Assembly: GCF_003428155.1 (NCBI RefSeq)
Contig: NZ_QLIR01000002.1
Location: 30,001-62,000 of the forward strand
DNA length: 32,000 bases
DNA from: Fastidiosibacter lacustris
GTDB taxonomy: Bacteria > Pseudomonadota > Gammaproteobacteria > Francisellales > Francisellaceae
Direction of reading: 5' to 3'
Shown in pieces: positions 20,383-29,812 of this stretch (the first letter of the stretch is position 1; every line of letters begins with the position of its first letter). Position numbers and translations under genes: made by a program. Below the pieces are notes generated by a model, which had not been told where the DNA came from, ran no database searches, and saw only the letters and a program-made list of their open reading frames with translations.

Positions 20383-21726
20383 ATGACCTTTAACATAAAA
20401 GTACTTTTAGGAATGTTTGTTGGATTGCTAAGTATATCAGCATTGCAGGCTCAAACTACAAATGCTGAGAATCTATCTGAAATATATCAACAAGCATTAA
20501 ATAACTCACCACAGTATAAAGCGAATCTATACACCATGGAGTCAACAAGAGCACAGCAAAGTGTGAGTCTTGGTAAATTGTTACCCAATTTAGGATTAGC
20601 AACGGGAGCGACATTAATCAGAAAAGATCAAACAACTCAAAGTGGAAGTTATCGTAATTATAATGTAGGTATTACATTGACTCAAATGCTATTTGATTAT
20701 AGTTCTTATCAGAAATATCAAGCAGCGAAACAAATCTCATATAGTGTAGAAGAAACGTATAATGCACAGAAACAGCAATTTATCTTGGATGTAGCAACAG
20801 CATATTTTAATGTTTTAAATGCAAAAGAGCAGGTTCATTTTTTGCAGGCTAAGCTTAAAGCTGTCGAAAGTGCACTTGAACAAGCCAAATTAAAACTCAA
20901 AGTTGGGATATCTACTAGTGTTGATGTCAAAGTAGCAGAATCTAATTATTATAATGTGCTCGCATCTTTGAAAGCTGCTGACAATAATGTACAAACGACC
21001 TATTTTGCTTTATATCAATACACAGGAGGTGAAAATAAGAATTTGGCAGACTTGCAAGAAAAATTGCATTTTAGTAATCCTCAACCTAATGATATAAATA
21101 AATGGATACAAAAGGCACAAACTAATAATCCTATTTTGAAAGCTCAGGTATATACTCAAAATGCAGCACAAGAAACACTAGCTGCATCAAATGGTAATTT
21201 CTTACCGAACGTAAGCTTAGTTGCTAACTATTCTATCAATGATAACTCAGGTAGCAATTTTGCCACAGGTGCAGCAGGAGTACCAATAGGGAATTATAAA
21301 AATGGGTACATTGGTGTGACCTTAACTTGGAATATTTTAAATGGTGGTAGTGATTATGCGACAAAAAAACAGGCAGCATTTAACTATCAGGCAGCAGAGT
21401 TTACGACCTTAAATCAAAAACGTACGATTAAACAAAACATAGAAACAGACTTTTATACTGTGGTTTCAACCGCAAGGCAAATTCAAGCATTAGAGCAGTC
21501 AGTTCTTGCCGCAGAAGCAGCTTATAAACAATATCAAGCAAGATTTAAAGTTGGTAGCTCAACCATTACTGAGGTATTGGATCAGCTACAAAAGTTTTAT
21601 GAAAGTGCATCTTTACTTGCAAGCGCTAAATATAAATATATTACTGAGGTGTTGCAGTTAAAATTGGATGCAGGCACCTTGTCTGAAAAAGACGTTCAAA
21701 TTTTTAATTCATGGCTTAAATCATAA
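20383..21726 (+). CDS. tolC: TolC-family outer membrane efflux/secretion protein
   Basis: 447 aa; signal peptide, AENLSEIYQQALNNSPQYKANLYTMESTRA, VTLTWNILNGGSDYATKKQAAFNYQAAE, YKQYQARFKVGSSTITEVLDQL. Confidence 0.88.
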   Translation: MTFNIKVLLGMFVGLLSISALQAQTTNAENLSEIYQQALNNSPQYKANLYTMESTRAQQSVSLGKLLPNLGLATGATLIRKDQTTQSGSYRNYNVGITLTQMLFDYSSYQKYQAAKQISYSVEETYNAQKQQFILDVATAYFNVLNAKEQVHFLQAKLKAVESALEQAKLKLKVGISTSVDVKVAESNYYNVLASLKAADNNVQTTYFALYQYTGGENKNLADLQEKLHFSNPQPNDINKWIQKAQTNNPILKAQVYTQNAAQETLAASNGNFLPNVSLVANYSINDNSGSNFATGAAGVPIGNYKNGYIGVTLTWNILNGGSDYATKKQAAFNYQAAEFTTLNQKRTIKQNIETDFYTVVSTARQIQALEQSVLAAEAAYKQYQARFKVGSSTITEVLDQLQKFYESASLLASAKYKYITEVLQLKLDAGTLSEKDVQIFNSWLKS

Positions 21727-21809
21727 TTTGCTTCAATAGCGCTGCTAAAATTTTTCCAATCTAGTAACATATCCGTGATTTTAAAATAATTAAAAATGAG
21801 GCTTTTGAT

Positions 21810-23189
21810 ATGGCATTTTCTTGCTTTTATAAAACACATCGTCCACAGGCAATTGAGTTAATTGTTATTCCAATTGAAAAGTATCACAAATGGGTAGAGC
21901 AGCATGCGGATAAGTCTATTCAAAATATATTGGCTGGACAAGGTTTTATTCCAGGCTCAGGCAAAACAGCTACTTTTTTTGATATACATGGCAAATTAAA
22001 ACAAGCAATTATCACAATTAATCCAAATGATATGTGGGCATTGGGAAACTTAGCTAAAGATTTACCACATCACGATTATGAACTTATTGATCCATATTCA
22101 GTATTAGAATCAGAACTACCTTATTTAGCTTTTGGTCTAGGTTGTTATCAATTTTTAAATTATAAAACACAAAAGAAAACCCATTCGATTAAATTATATT
22201 TGCCAAAGAAATATGCTGAAGTGGAGAAAGCTTTAAGAGCAATTTATCTTGTGCGCGATATGATTAATATTCCTGCCCAAGACATGGGACCAGAAGAGAT
22301 ATCACATCAAGCACAAAAGCTTGCACAAACTTTTTCGGCTGAATTTTCCCAAATTATTGGTGATGAGCTTTACGAAAAAGGTTACCGTGGTATTCACACA
22401 GTTGGGCGCGCTAGTGTTCGTGCGCCACGCTTAGTTCGTTTAGATTGGGGTAAAAAAGAACATCCACATATTGTGCTTGTTGGTAAAGGTGTTGCCTTTG
22501 ATACAGGAGGATTGGATATTAAGCAAGCAAGTGGTATGCTTTTGATGCACAAGGACATGGGAGGCGCGGCTCAAGTCTTGGGTCTTGCGCGGTTAATTAT
22601 GGATACGCCCTTGCCAATAAGATTAACGGTATTTATTCCGGCGGTGGAAAATGCTATCAGTGGCAATGCCTATCGTCCAAGTGATATCATCACAATGTAC
22701 AATGATAGTACGGTTGAAATTAGTAATACGGATGCAGAAGGGAGAGTAATTTTAGCTGATGCGTTAACAGAAGCATCAAGGATGAAACCAGATTTAATCA
22801 TGGATTTTGCAACTTTAACAGGGGCTGCACGAGTTGCTGTTGGCACTGAAATAGCAGCATTCTTTAGTAATAACGATGAGATTTCTCAATTGTTAGAGCA
22901 TGCGGCACAAAAAATACAAGATCCAGTTTGGCGTATGCCATTGTTTAAACCTTACAAAAAGTTACTGGATAGTCATGTGGCAGATATTAAAAACTGTGCT
23001 TCTGCACCTTATGCTGGCAGTATTAGTGCGGCTTTATTTTTAGAGTCTTTTATTGAGTATAATACGCCGTGGTTACATTTTGATTTAATGGCGTGGAATA
23101 TTTCAAGTATGCCAGGACGACCACAAGGTGGTGAGGCAATGGGTATCAGAGCCGCTTATGAAATGCTGAAAATACGTTATGGAAAATAA
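21810..23189 (+). CDS. M17 leucyl aminopeptidase family protein
   Basis: 459 aa; VGKGVAFDTGGLDIKQASGMLLMHKDMGGAA, NTDAEGRVILADALTEA signature, DFATLTGAARVA. Confidence 0.93.
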   Translation: MAFSCFYKTHRPQAIELIVIPIEKYHKWVEQHADKSIQNILAGQGFIPGSGKTATFFDIHGKLKQAIITINPNDMWALGNLAKDLPHHDYELIDPYSVLESELPYLAFGLGCYQFLNYKTQKKTHSIKLYLPKKYAEVEKALRAIYLVRDMINIPAQDMGPEEISHQAQKLAQTFSAEFSQIIGDELYEKGYRGIHTVGRASVRAPRLVRLDWGKKEHPHIVLVGKGVAFDTGGLDIKQASGMLLMHKDMGGAAQVLGLARLIMDTPLPIRLTVFIPAVENAISGNAYRPSDIITMYNDSTVEISNTDAEGRVILADALTEASRMKPDLIMDFATLTGAARVAVGTEIAAFFSNNDEISQLLEHAAQKIQDPVWRMPLFKPYKKLLDSHVADIKNCASAPYAGSISAALFLESFIEYNTPWLHFDLMAWNISSMPGRPQGGEAMGIRAAYEMLKIRYGK

Positions 23190-23255
23190 ATCTGATCTGT
23201 TCTTCTTGATCTATAATATAAGTACAAATAATAAACTTCTTGAGGGGTAACGCTT

Positions 23256-23720
23256 ATGCTAGTTCCAAAAACTTCTACTGAGGCATTTTATCAATTGATC
23301 GTTGATGGACAAAATATGACGGGTATTACCTTGGATCATGATCTGGAAGCATTTATGGTCTATGCTTTGCTTCGCAATATCGATAATATTGAATTAAAAG
23401 AAATTGTATTTGCTCATGCGTTATTAAGTGACTTAAATGAAAATAATATGCGTAAATTAGAAGAGATTTTAGATTGTTCATTAATTTATGCAGGTTGGTA
23501 TCCTAAACGCGCGGAAAAGTTTGGTTTATCCAGTTGCTATTACAGTGATATTGGTAAGTTTGCAAGTAGTGAACTTGCTCGTTATTACGAAAAGCTGCGT
23601 TCATCTTGTCAGTCCACTTATGCTAAAATTGCTTGGCAATTTGATAAGCTTGTCATGGTGTTGCAGTCATTGCTTATTAGTAAAAATATTGAATATATTC
23701 GGACTCACTCTTGTTTTTGA
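23256..23720 (+). CDS. Hypothetical protein, 154 aa
   Basis: ORF with gaggggt ribosome-binding site upstream; follows the M17 peptidase. No motif recognised. Confidence 0.55.
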   Translation: MLVPKTSTEAFYQLIVDGQNMTGITLDHDLEAFMVYALLRNIDNIELKEIVFAHALLSDLNENNMRKLEEILDCSLIYAGWYPKRAEKFGLSSCYYSDIGKFASSELARYYEKLRSSCQSTYAKIAWQFDKLVMVLQSLLISKNIEYIRTHSCF

Positions 23721-23803
23721 CAGTAGAAGAAATACCACTTAAATTGCTCCATACACAATCTTTGACATTCACTCTTGTAAAAGATCTAAGTTAAAATGGC
23801 GTC

Positions 23804-24079
23804 TCAAAATGAAAATTTGTGTTCTACATAATTTTTATTCTTAGGGACAACAATAACCTCCATTCCTGCGGCCTTCCCAGAAAGAGCTCCTGTAACTGAG
23901 TCTTCAAAAACTGTACAAATATCTACAATAGCCCTTACACAGTTTAGATATGGCAATGGATGTGGCTTACCAAAAGGATCTAGCTCAGCTGAGTGCACAA
24001 TGTTTATCATCTCTCTAATCCCTGCTCTATTAGTAACTATCTCAACAACTAGCCATTTCTGAAATACTCCTAGCGGCAT
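23804..24079 (-). pseudogene. C-terminal fragment of a HAD-superfamily (YniC/beta-phosphoglucomutase-like) hydrolase
   Basis: INIVHSAELDPFGKPHPLPYLNCVRAI...CTVFEDSVTGALSGKAAGMEVIVVP matches HAD motifs III/IV; the N-terminal DxDGT nucleophile region and cap domain are absent. Confidence 0.65.
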
Positions 24080-24189
24080 TTTGCAATTTTTTCTTCGTGT
24101 ACAGAGAAAAATAACTAATGGCTCTTTGAATGGTTTGTATTATATTTAGTCAGACTTCATCACAGTGCATCACGTTCCTGAGCATAAGG

Positions 24190-25446
24190 CTATATACGCT
24201 GGTAAATGCCATCTTTCCTAATTAGCCTTTTGCTATCTACTAACTTTCGGCGTAAACGGGCAAAATCATCGGTGAAACATGCGCAATAGCTGGATATCTC
24301 ATGTTCATTATATGTTTTTTGCGGTTGCAGATAAGAAACAATTAAATCAAGGTATTTTGCTTCTTCTAGCTTGGTGTCGCTGAATTCGTTAAACATTCTG
24401 TCGTTTGCACTTGTGTGTACAAGCGTTTCCCATAACTGCGGATTTTCAAAATAACCGCCATCTTGCAACCTAATCATCTGGGCATCCATGAGTTTTGCTA
24501 ACAGGCGGAGTACTTTTTCTTTGTCTAATTTCACTGTACGTTGAATCTCGCTCAGCTCGCTTATCCCTAGTGCTACCGCACAATAAACAGAACGGATACT
24601 TTGATTTTTTAACAGCATTAGTTTGCGTGTGAGTTCATTTCGTTGTTCAAGTGTTTCGGACAATAGGCTTGTTGCTCGGAACCTTACTGGTGCCAAGCCA
24701 ATAGTACTCATCTCCTCTTGAAATAGTTCCCGTCTGTTTTCTTCCCACTGATGGTGTTTTCTTATTATCCCTAGACCAGTTTGCCTATATTTATGCATTT
24801 CAGGAATGCTCAAAATATCCACGTGCTTTATATTGCTTTTATTGATAAATTCCCATAATGGTGTGCGTATCATGGCCAATTTCTGGTGCTGTGTTGTTTG
24901 TTCTTGTACAGGCACAGTGAAATATGGGTCATGGAAGACCATGAAGCCTCCTGCTGCTAAACGCGACCATAGTTTTCCGATGAATCTTATATCATCAACG
25001 AGGCTTCCCGCATCTAACCAAATAAAGTCAAATAGATTGTCGTCAAAAAACTGGAGGGAAAGATTGTGGAAATCACAGTTTATCGTCTTTACTGACAAGG
25101 CTGCATATTTTGCTGTGTTGAGTGTATTCCATGCTTGAGCAGCGGAGCATCCAGGTGCTGAGAAATTATCAATAGAAATAAATTTCGGTTCATATACAGA
25201 AGTTGCTGCATGAGGGATCAGTAACTCGCTCCTTTCTGCCCATTCTGTATTATGGGCAAGCTCTTTATCAGCAAGATATTCTGCCTTGGCTGCTACTATG
25301 GCATCGGCAATTGCTACGGTTGAATCACCTGCTCCCACTTCAAGGATAGATAGCGGTCTTGCCATTTTGATCATCACAGCGATAATCTCCAAAGCGTTTT
25401 CTGTCCCCATGCCTGGTCTTATTAGTTCCATCGTTTTTTCTCTCAT
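24190..25446 (-). CDS. Class I SAM-dependent methyltransferase fused to winged-helix-like and DUF2087-like C-terminal domains
   Basis: 418 aa; LSILEVGAGDSTVAIADAI motif I, FDFIWLDAG, RLAAGGFMVFHDP; C-terminal EAKYLDLIVSYLQPQKTYNEHEISSYCACFTDDFARLRRKLVDSKRLIRKDGIYQRI resembles DUF2087. Confidence 0.7.
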   Translation of the reverse strand: MREKTMELIRPGMGTENALEIIAVMIKMARPLSILEVGAGDSTVAIADAIVAAKAEYLADKELAHNTEWAERSELLIPHAATSVYEPKFISIDNFSAPGCSAAQAWNTLNTAKYAALSVKTINCDFHNLSLQFFDDNLFDFIWLDAGSLVDDIRFIGKLWSRLAAGGFMVFHDPYFTVPVQEQTTQHQKLAMIRTPLWEFINKSNIKHVDILSIPEMHKYRQTGLGIIRKHHQWEENRRELFQEEMSTIGLAPVRFRATSLLSETLEQRNELTRKLMLLKNQSIRSVYCAVALGISELSEIQRTVKLDKEKVLRLLAKLMDAQMIRLQDGGYFENPQLWETLVHTSANDRMFNEFSDTKLEEAKYLDLIVSYLQPQKTYNEHEISSYCACFTDDFARLRRKLVDSKRLIRKDGIYQRI

Positions 25447-25450
25447 TATT

Positions 25451-26119
25451 CTATTTTGCTATCCTTCTTAAAATGCCATGTGCGCAAAGGTTCGCACATA
25501 CCGTATATTGAGCATCTTGGGGGTATACATGAAGGTGGTGGTATTTCATTAGCAAGCCCGTTAGCTCATAATCAATAAAAAAAGCTACGCCAGATAACTT
25601 ATTCCGAATAATGTAGCGATTATTAGCATCAATCAACTCACTGCCGTGTTCCAACTTGTATATGCAATCATTGTTTGGACCGTGCAGATCGTCTATGTCG
25701 TTTATTTCAAAAAGCTTGTAACGAAGCAAACAAATTGCCAGAGATGTATCCTTAAAATCAGATAATGCCTGGTAAGTTCGGAGGGCTTCTATATTGTTTT
25801 CTGACAGTCCATCTAATTCAGCAAAAAAACCAGCTTGGCTATTAATGACAAGAGAAGTTGACTGGACATCCCGTCTTAGAATAGAGCGTGCACCATGATA
25901 GAGTTTAGCATTACGGTGAAGCCTTGGCTTTAAAACTCCATGATATGCTTCAAGCCATGGGTTTTGATCTAATAACTCAGGCTTACGTGCCTTTACTATT
26001 TTGTAAATCGATTTTGGCATGTCGTTGAGAGAATTTATGCAGAACTCAGCAACAAGTGCAGGGTAGGCGCCTGTGTGTTTGCAGAATAATGGTTCTAATT
26101 GAGATAGATTGCAATTCAT
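25451..26119 (-). CDS. Hypothetical protein, 222 aa
   Basis: ATGA overlap with the upstream MFS stop, and only 4 nt before the downstream methyltransferase gene. No family recognised. Confidence 0.7.
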   Translation of the reverse strand: MNCNLSQLEPLFCKHTGAYPALVAEFCINSLNDMPKSIYKIVKARKPELLDQNPWLEAYHGVLKPRLHRNAKLYHGARSILRRDVQSTSLVINSQAGFFAELDGLSENNIEALRTYQALSDFKDTSLAICLLRYKLFEINDIDDLHGPNNDCIYKLEHGSELIDANNRYIIRNKLSGVAFFIDYELTGLLMKYHHLHVYPQDAQYTVCANLCAHGILRRIAK

Positions 26120-27363
26120 TGGTAGGGTAGCTCCTCTTTTTTATATAAGACCAGATTACCTGCAGCACCAATCAGTCCAGCACTGATAGCAATAATGCCA
26201 GCAATAATAAGCAGCAGTCTTGCTGATGCCACAGGAACTTGTCCTGCGATGATAAAGCCAGTTAGCACGGATGCCTGGATAATGAAGATATGAGTTGGCA
26301 TAAGCTGTTGGCGCGCTTCAGCAGGGACAATCTGCATGACAAAGGTAGACATCAGAACGTTTTGAAGCCCATTGGCCATTCCCAGGATAAGAAGAACGAC
26401 ATATAACCAGGGAATGGACTGATAAGCGCCCGATAAGCATACCGAAAAACCGACTGTAGTGGCAGCCATGCAGGCTGCAAACCCCATGCCGTGCTTTTTT
26501 GCCCATGACGTCAACACAATAGGACCTATCATCAAGCCAATACTAATGGCAGAAACGATAAGTCCATAGGTAGCCTGGCTGTAATGAAGATTGATAAGCA
26601 ACAAGTACATAAATGCAACATTGAAAGTTGAGGTGGTACAGATCGTAACGATCAATGGCAGTAAAGTGATTTTCATTCCTGGCAACTGAAAAAAGCGTAA
26701 AACTTGTGGCCAAATAATTTTCTTCCCTGCTTGATTGCCACTATGAGGCTTAATATTGACCGTTTTCGCCAATCTGCCAACTGATAGTAGAGAGCAGGGG
26801 ATGGCAACGATAAAAAGAATACTAACTAATCCCAAACTCCAAGTTGCCCCGAAAAAAGCGGTTAATATGCCCGCTAGAAATGGGGCACTGATATAGCCAG
26901 CATTTCTGATAGATTGCACGAATTTATTAATATCAGCTAGGCGATCATGTTTAAAATAACTAGGGATAACGATAGACAGGACTGACCAGAAAATGCCACT
27001 GACCATTCCCATAAGAAAAGCAGCAGCATAAAACACATAGCTTATAGGGAAATTTGCACTGATAATTAAGGCAAGTATGCTTATGCAGAATATGGCAATC
27101 AATATCTGCATCACTTCAAAATTTCGCAAAAGTAGCATGGCTACTGGTGCGGCACACAGGCTCCCGATTAAAGTCGCAGACATCAAAAAGGAAAGGTTTT
27201 CCATCGACTGTTGATTCACCTGTGCAAAAGAAAAGGTAAATGCTGCGATCTCATCGCCGAAACTTGCAACAAAAACGGTAATAAGACCAGTCAGGAAAAC
27301 TATGCTCAGATTAATTACAGGTTTCAATGGCCCCACTCCTGTATAAAAAATTAATGAGGTCAT
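26116..27363 (-). CDS. MFS transporter
   Basis: 415 aa polytopic protein; a TTG start at 27327 (MKPVINLSIVFLTG...) preceded by AGGAG looks more likely than the 27363 ATG. Confidence 0.85.
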   Translation of the reverse strand: MTSLIFYTGVGPLKPVINLSIVFLTGLITVFVASFGDEIAAFTFSFAQVNQQSMENLSFLMSATLIGSLCAAPVAMLLLRNFEVMQILIAIFCISILALIISANFPISYVFYAAAFLMGMVSGIFWSVLSIVIPSYFKHDRLADINKFVQSIRNAGYISAPFLAGILTAFFGATWSLGLVSILFIVAIPCSLLSVGRLAKTVNIKPHSGNQAGKKIIWPQVLRFFQLPGMKITLLPLIVTICTTSTFNVAFMYLLLINLHYSQATYGLIVSAISIGLMIGPIVLTSWAKKHGMGFAACMAATTVGFSVCLSGAYQSIPWLYVVLLILGMANGLQNVLMSTFVMQIVPAEARQQLMPTHIFIIQASVLTGFIIAGQVPVASARLLLIIAGIIAISAGLIGAAGNLVLYKKEELPYQ

Positions 27364-27617
27364 AAATTTTGCTTTGTTTGTGTTGATTAAACTTCCTCAC
27401 ATTAATGTTCTACAATCGATTTATAAGCTTGAAAGCCTCCAAACGACCAAAGTCATCCCTGTCAGATGGCAATCACCTTGTAACAACTGCGCACTTGTCG
27501 TAATAGTGTTTGGGCTTTCGCAGGAAATTTTCTCGAATTAAGGATAGAAAGTACAGCCCCAGAATTCAGGTGTTTTTCACAAAATCTCCAATTTTTTTGT
27601 TTTCTTACGGATACGAA

Positions 27618-27902
27618 TCAGATTAGCATTTTTATGTCCTCTGTCCTCTGTCCTCTGTCCTCTGTCCTCTGTCCTCTGTTTATATACAAGATCCCGTGAT
27701 AATAGGCAATGCTGACTGCATGAGCGATTGTTGTAGCGTTAAGCTTGCTCTTCAGATTCTTTATGTGCCATTCTATTGTATGTGACGATAGGTAAAGCTT
27801 AGTTGCAATTTCCTTGCAGCCTAAGCCTTCAGCTGTCAGCCGCAGTATTTCAGTTTCCCTTTCAGTTAGCATGGCTAATTTCCTTTTTTCACCCTCGCAC
27901 AC
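27618..27902 (-). CDS. LuxR-type HTH DNA-binding protein (HTH domain only)
   Basis: 94 aa; LTERETEILRLTAEGLGCKEIATKLYLSSHTIEWHIKNLKSKLNATTIAHAVSIAYYHGIL is a canonical GerE/LuxR HTH. The C-terminal tail RGQRTEDRGQRTED is encoded by a 7-bp tandem repeat. Confidence 0.85.
   Translation of the reverse strand: MCEGEKRKLAMLTERETEILRLTAEGLGCKEIATKLYLSSHTIEWHIKNLKSKLNATTIAHAVSIAYYHGILYINRGQRTEDRGQRTEDIKMLI
27636..27677. repeat. Heptanucleotide tandem repeat (GTCCTCT)x6
   Basis: gtcctctgtcctctgtcctctgtcctctgtcctctgtcctct followed by a partial 'gt'; read directly. Confidence 0.97.
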
Positions 27903-28036
27903 ATTGTATCAGCTACGCAGTTATGGCACAACTAGGCTACGAGTATAATGTAGAGAATAAATGAACTGTCCTTAGTCTCAAGGTCTATATGAATATGGAT
28001 GTGGAAAATATAGTTGACAATAAATAAAGCTGATAT

Positions 28037-29299
28037 TTATAGGGCTTCTAAGCTTGCAATTTTGGTGACAACAGCCAAAACTTCAGTCGCTTTTTTAAGT
28101 TCAGTTACAGACGGTAATGAAGGTGCAATGCGAATGTTGCTATCAATAGGGTCTTTGCCATAAGGATAAGTAGCTCCTGCACTGGTGAGCTTGACGCCTG
28201 CATCTTGTGCCATTTGAACAATTTTTTTGGCAAGCCCAGGTTTACTGTTAAAACTAATAAAATAACCACCTTTAGGTTTATCCCAAGTGGCAAATTTACC
28301 TGCTGCTCCTAGTTCATGCGTTAACACTTCATTTACAATATCAAACTTAGGCTTTAAAAGTGCAGCATGTTTTGCCATGTGTACCATAAAGGCAGTCTCA
28401 TCAGGTAGAAGTTTTAAATGGTGAAGTTGGTTGATTTTGTCGTGACCAATCGTTTGTACTTTTAAGTGATGTATTAGCCAATCGATATTTGCTTTGTTAG
28501 CTGCAACAATTGCAACACCCGCACCAGCGTAGGTAACCTTAGAGGTTGAAGCAAACATAAACGCTCGATTAGGGTTGCCAGCCTGTTCACACACATCAAG
28601 GATATTTAAAATTTCTACAGGATCATCGATATTTAGGTGATGAACGGCATAGGCATTATCCCACATGATTCTAAAGTCACTGGCAGCGGTTTGCATATAA
28701 GCTAAACGTTTAATTACTTCATCGCTATAACTCTCACCAGTTGGGTTGCTATATTTGGGAACACACCACATTCCCTTGATGTTCTTATCTGCTTTAACAA
28801 GTGCTTCAACCTTGTCCATATTAGGACCTGAACCTGTTAAGGGTACGGAAATCATGTCGATGCCAAAAGACTCACAAATAGCAAAGTGGCGATCATAGCC
28901 AGGCGTAGGACATAAAAACTTGATTTTACCTTGCTCTGACCAGCTTTGCTGCTCGTTGGGTAACTTGTGAACCAGTGCTTTGATAATGGTGTCATACATT
29001 AAATTCAAAGACGAGTTCCCACCAATAATAATTTGTTCCGGTTTAATGTTAAGCACTTTGGCAAATACCGCTTTCATTTGTGGTAATCCTGTGAGTAAAT
29101 CAGGCGGGCTGTAGTTACGGTAATCGGGGGCGATCACAACATCCTTATGGTTTAAGTTATGTAATAAATCATCTGATAAACTCAACTGTTGAGGGCAGGG
29201 TTTGCCACGCGTCATGTCTAATTTCAGGTTTTGTTTTAAAAAACCTTGATAGCGTGATTTCAGCTCAGCTAATTGATTTGATTGGATAGTTACTGTCAT
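28037..29299 (-). CDS. PLP-dependent class I aminotransferase (MocR-like/PF12897-type)
   Basis: 420 aa; LDMTRGKPCPQQLSLSDDLL, YRNYSPPDLLTGLPQMKAVFAKVL, IIGGNSSLNLMYDTI, CVPKYSNPTGESYSDEV, DNAYAVHHL, FASTSKVTYAGAGVAI (PLP lysine). Confidence 0.85.
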   Translation of the reverse strand: MTVTIQSNQLAELKSRYQGFLKQNLKLDMTRGKPCPQQLSLSDDLLHNLNHKDVVIAPDYRNYSPPDLLTGLPQMKAVFAKVLNIKPEQIIIGGNSSLNLMYDTIIKALVHKLPNEQQSWSEQGKIKFLCPTPGYDRHFAICESFGIDMISVPLTGSGPNMDKVEALVKADKNIKGMWCVPKYSNPTGESYSDEVIKRLAYMQTAASDFRIMWDNAYAVHHLNIDDPVEILNILDVCEQAGNPNRAFMFASTSKVTYAGAGVAIVAANKANIDWLIHHLKVQTIGHDKINQLHHLKLLPDETAFMVHMAKHAALLKPKFDIVNEVLTHELGAAGKFATWDKPKGGYFISFNSKPGLAKKIVQMAQDAGVKLTSAGATYPYGKDPIDSNIRIAPSLPSVTELKKATEVLAVVTKIASLEAL

Positions 29300-29302
29300 G
29301 TT

Positions 29303-29812
29303 TTAACTCCAAGCGACTACTAGATAAATGTAAATACCAATATAAAGCAAGATAAAAACAAAAGGCATATAAGTTTCAATGCGCTTAAGTGGTGTAAATG
29401 AACCTTTTTGCATAGCAGTAACCCTCTCTGCTGAAAAGATAGGACTAGATGGCAGACGCTTCTCCAGTGCGCCAATCACTTGTTCTTTAATATTGACTGT
29501 GTGGCGATAAAAACGCACTACACGCCACCAGCAGTAGCAAATAGCAAGTAAGCCTAATAGTGGTAAAACCAATAGCCCAAGCGACAACTCAGCGCTTGAT
29601 CGACTAATGCCAAGTGCCATGATTCCAACAATAGCGATGTTAGTAATCAAGAAGAATAGATTAATTGAAATACGGCGAAAGCTCGCACGATCTGCCATTT
29701 CAACATAGATCTTATATTGCTCAATCAAAAGCGAATAGTACTGCTCATTGCTGAAATTATCCTGCTCTTCATTCCATAGATTATCCATGTTGATATTATC
29801 AAAACGACTCAT
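29303..29812 (-). CDS. RipA-family small membrane protein
   Basis: 169 aa, two hydrophobic segment pairs, N-terminal NEQYYSLLIEQYKIYVEMADRASFRRISINLFFLITN and PLKRIETYMPFVF; resembles the Francisella RipA family from recall. Confidence 0.6.
   Translation of the reverse strand: MSRFDNINMDNLWNEEQDNFSNEQYYSLLIEQYKIYVEMADRASFRRISINLFFLITNIAIVGIMALGISRSSAELSLGLLVLPLLGLLAICYCWWRVVRFYRHTVNIKEQVIGALEKRLPSSPIFSAERVTAMQKGSFTPLKRIETYMPFVFILLYIGIYIYLVVAWS

Noticed and set aside
24806-26506. Plus-strand ORFs 24806-25138 and 25286-25471, and minus-strand ORF 26318-26506
   Set aside because: Alternative frames within the methyltransferase and MFS genes with no recognisable domains.
27636-27677. Possible CRISPR-like or DR array
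   Set aside because: Unit is only 7 bp with no spacers; simple tandem microsatellite.
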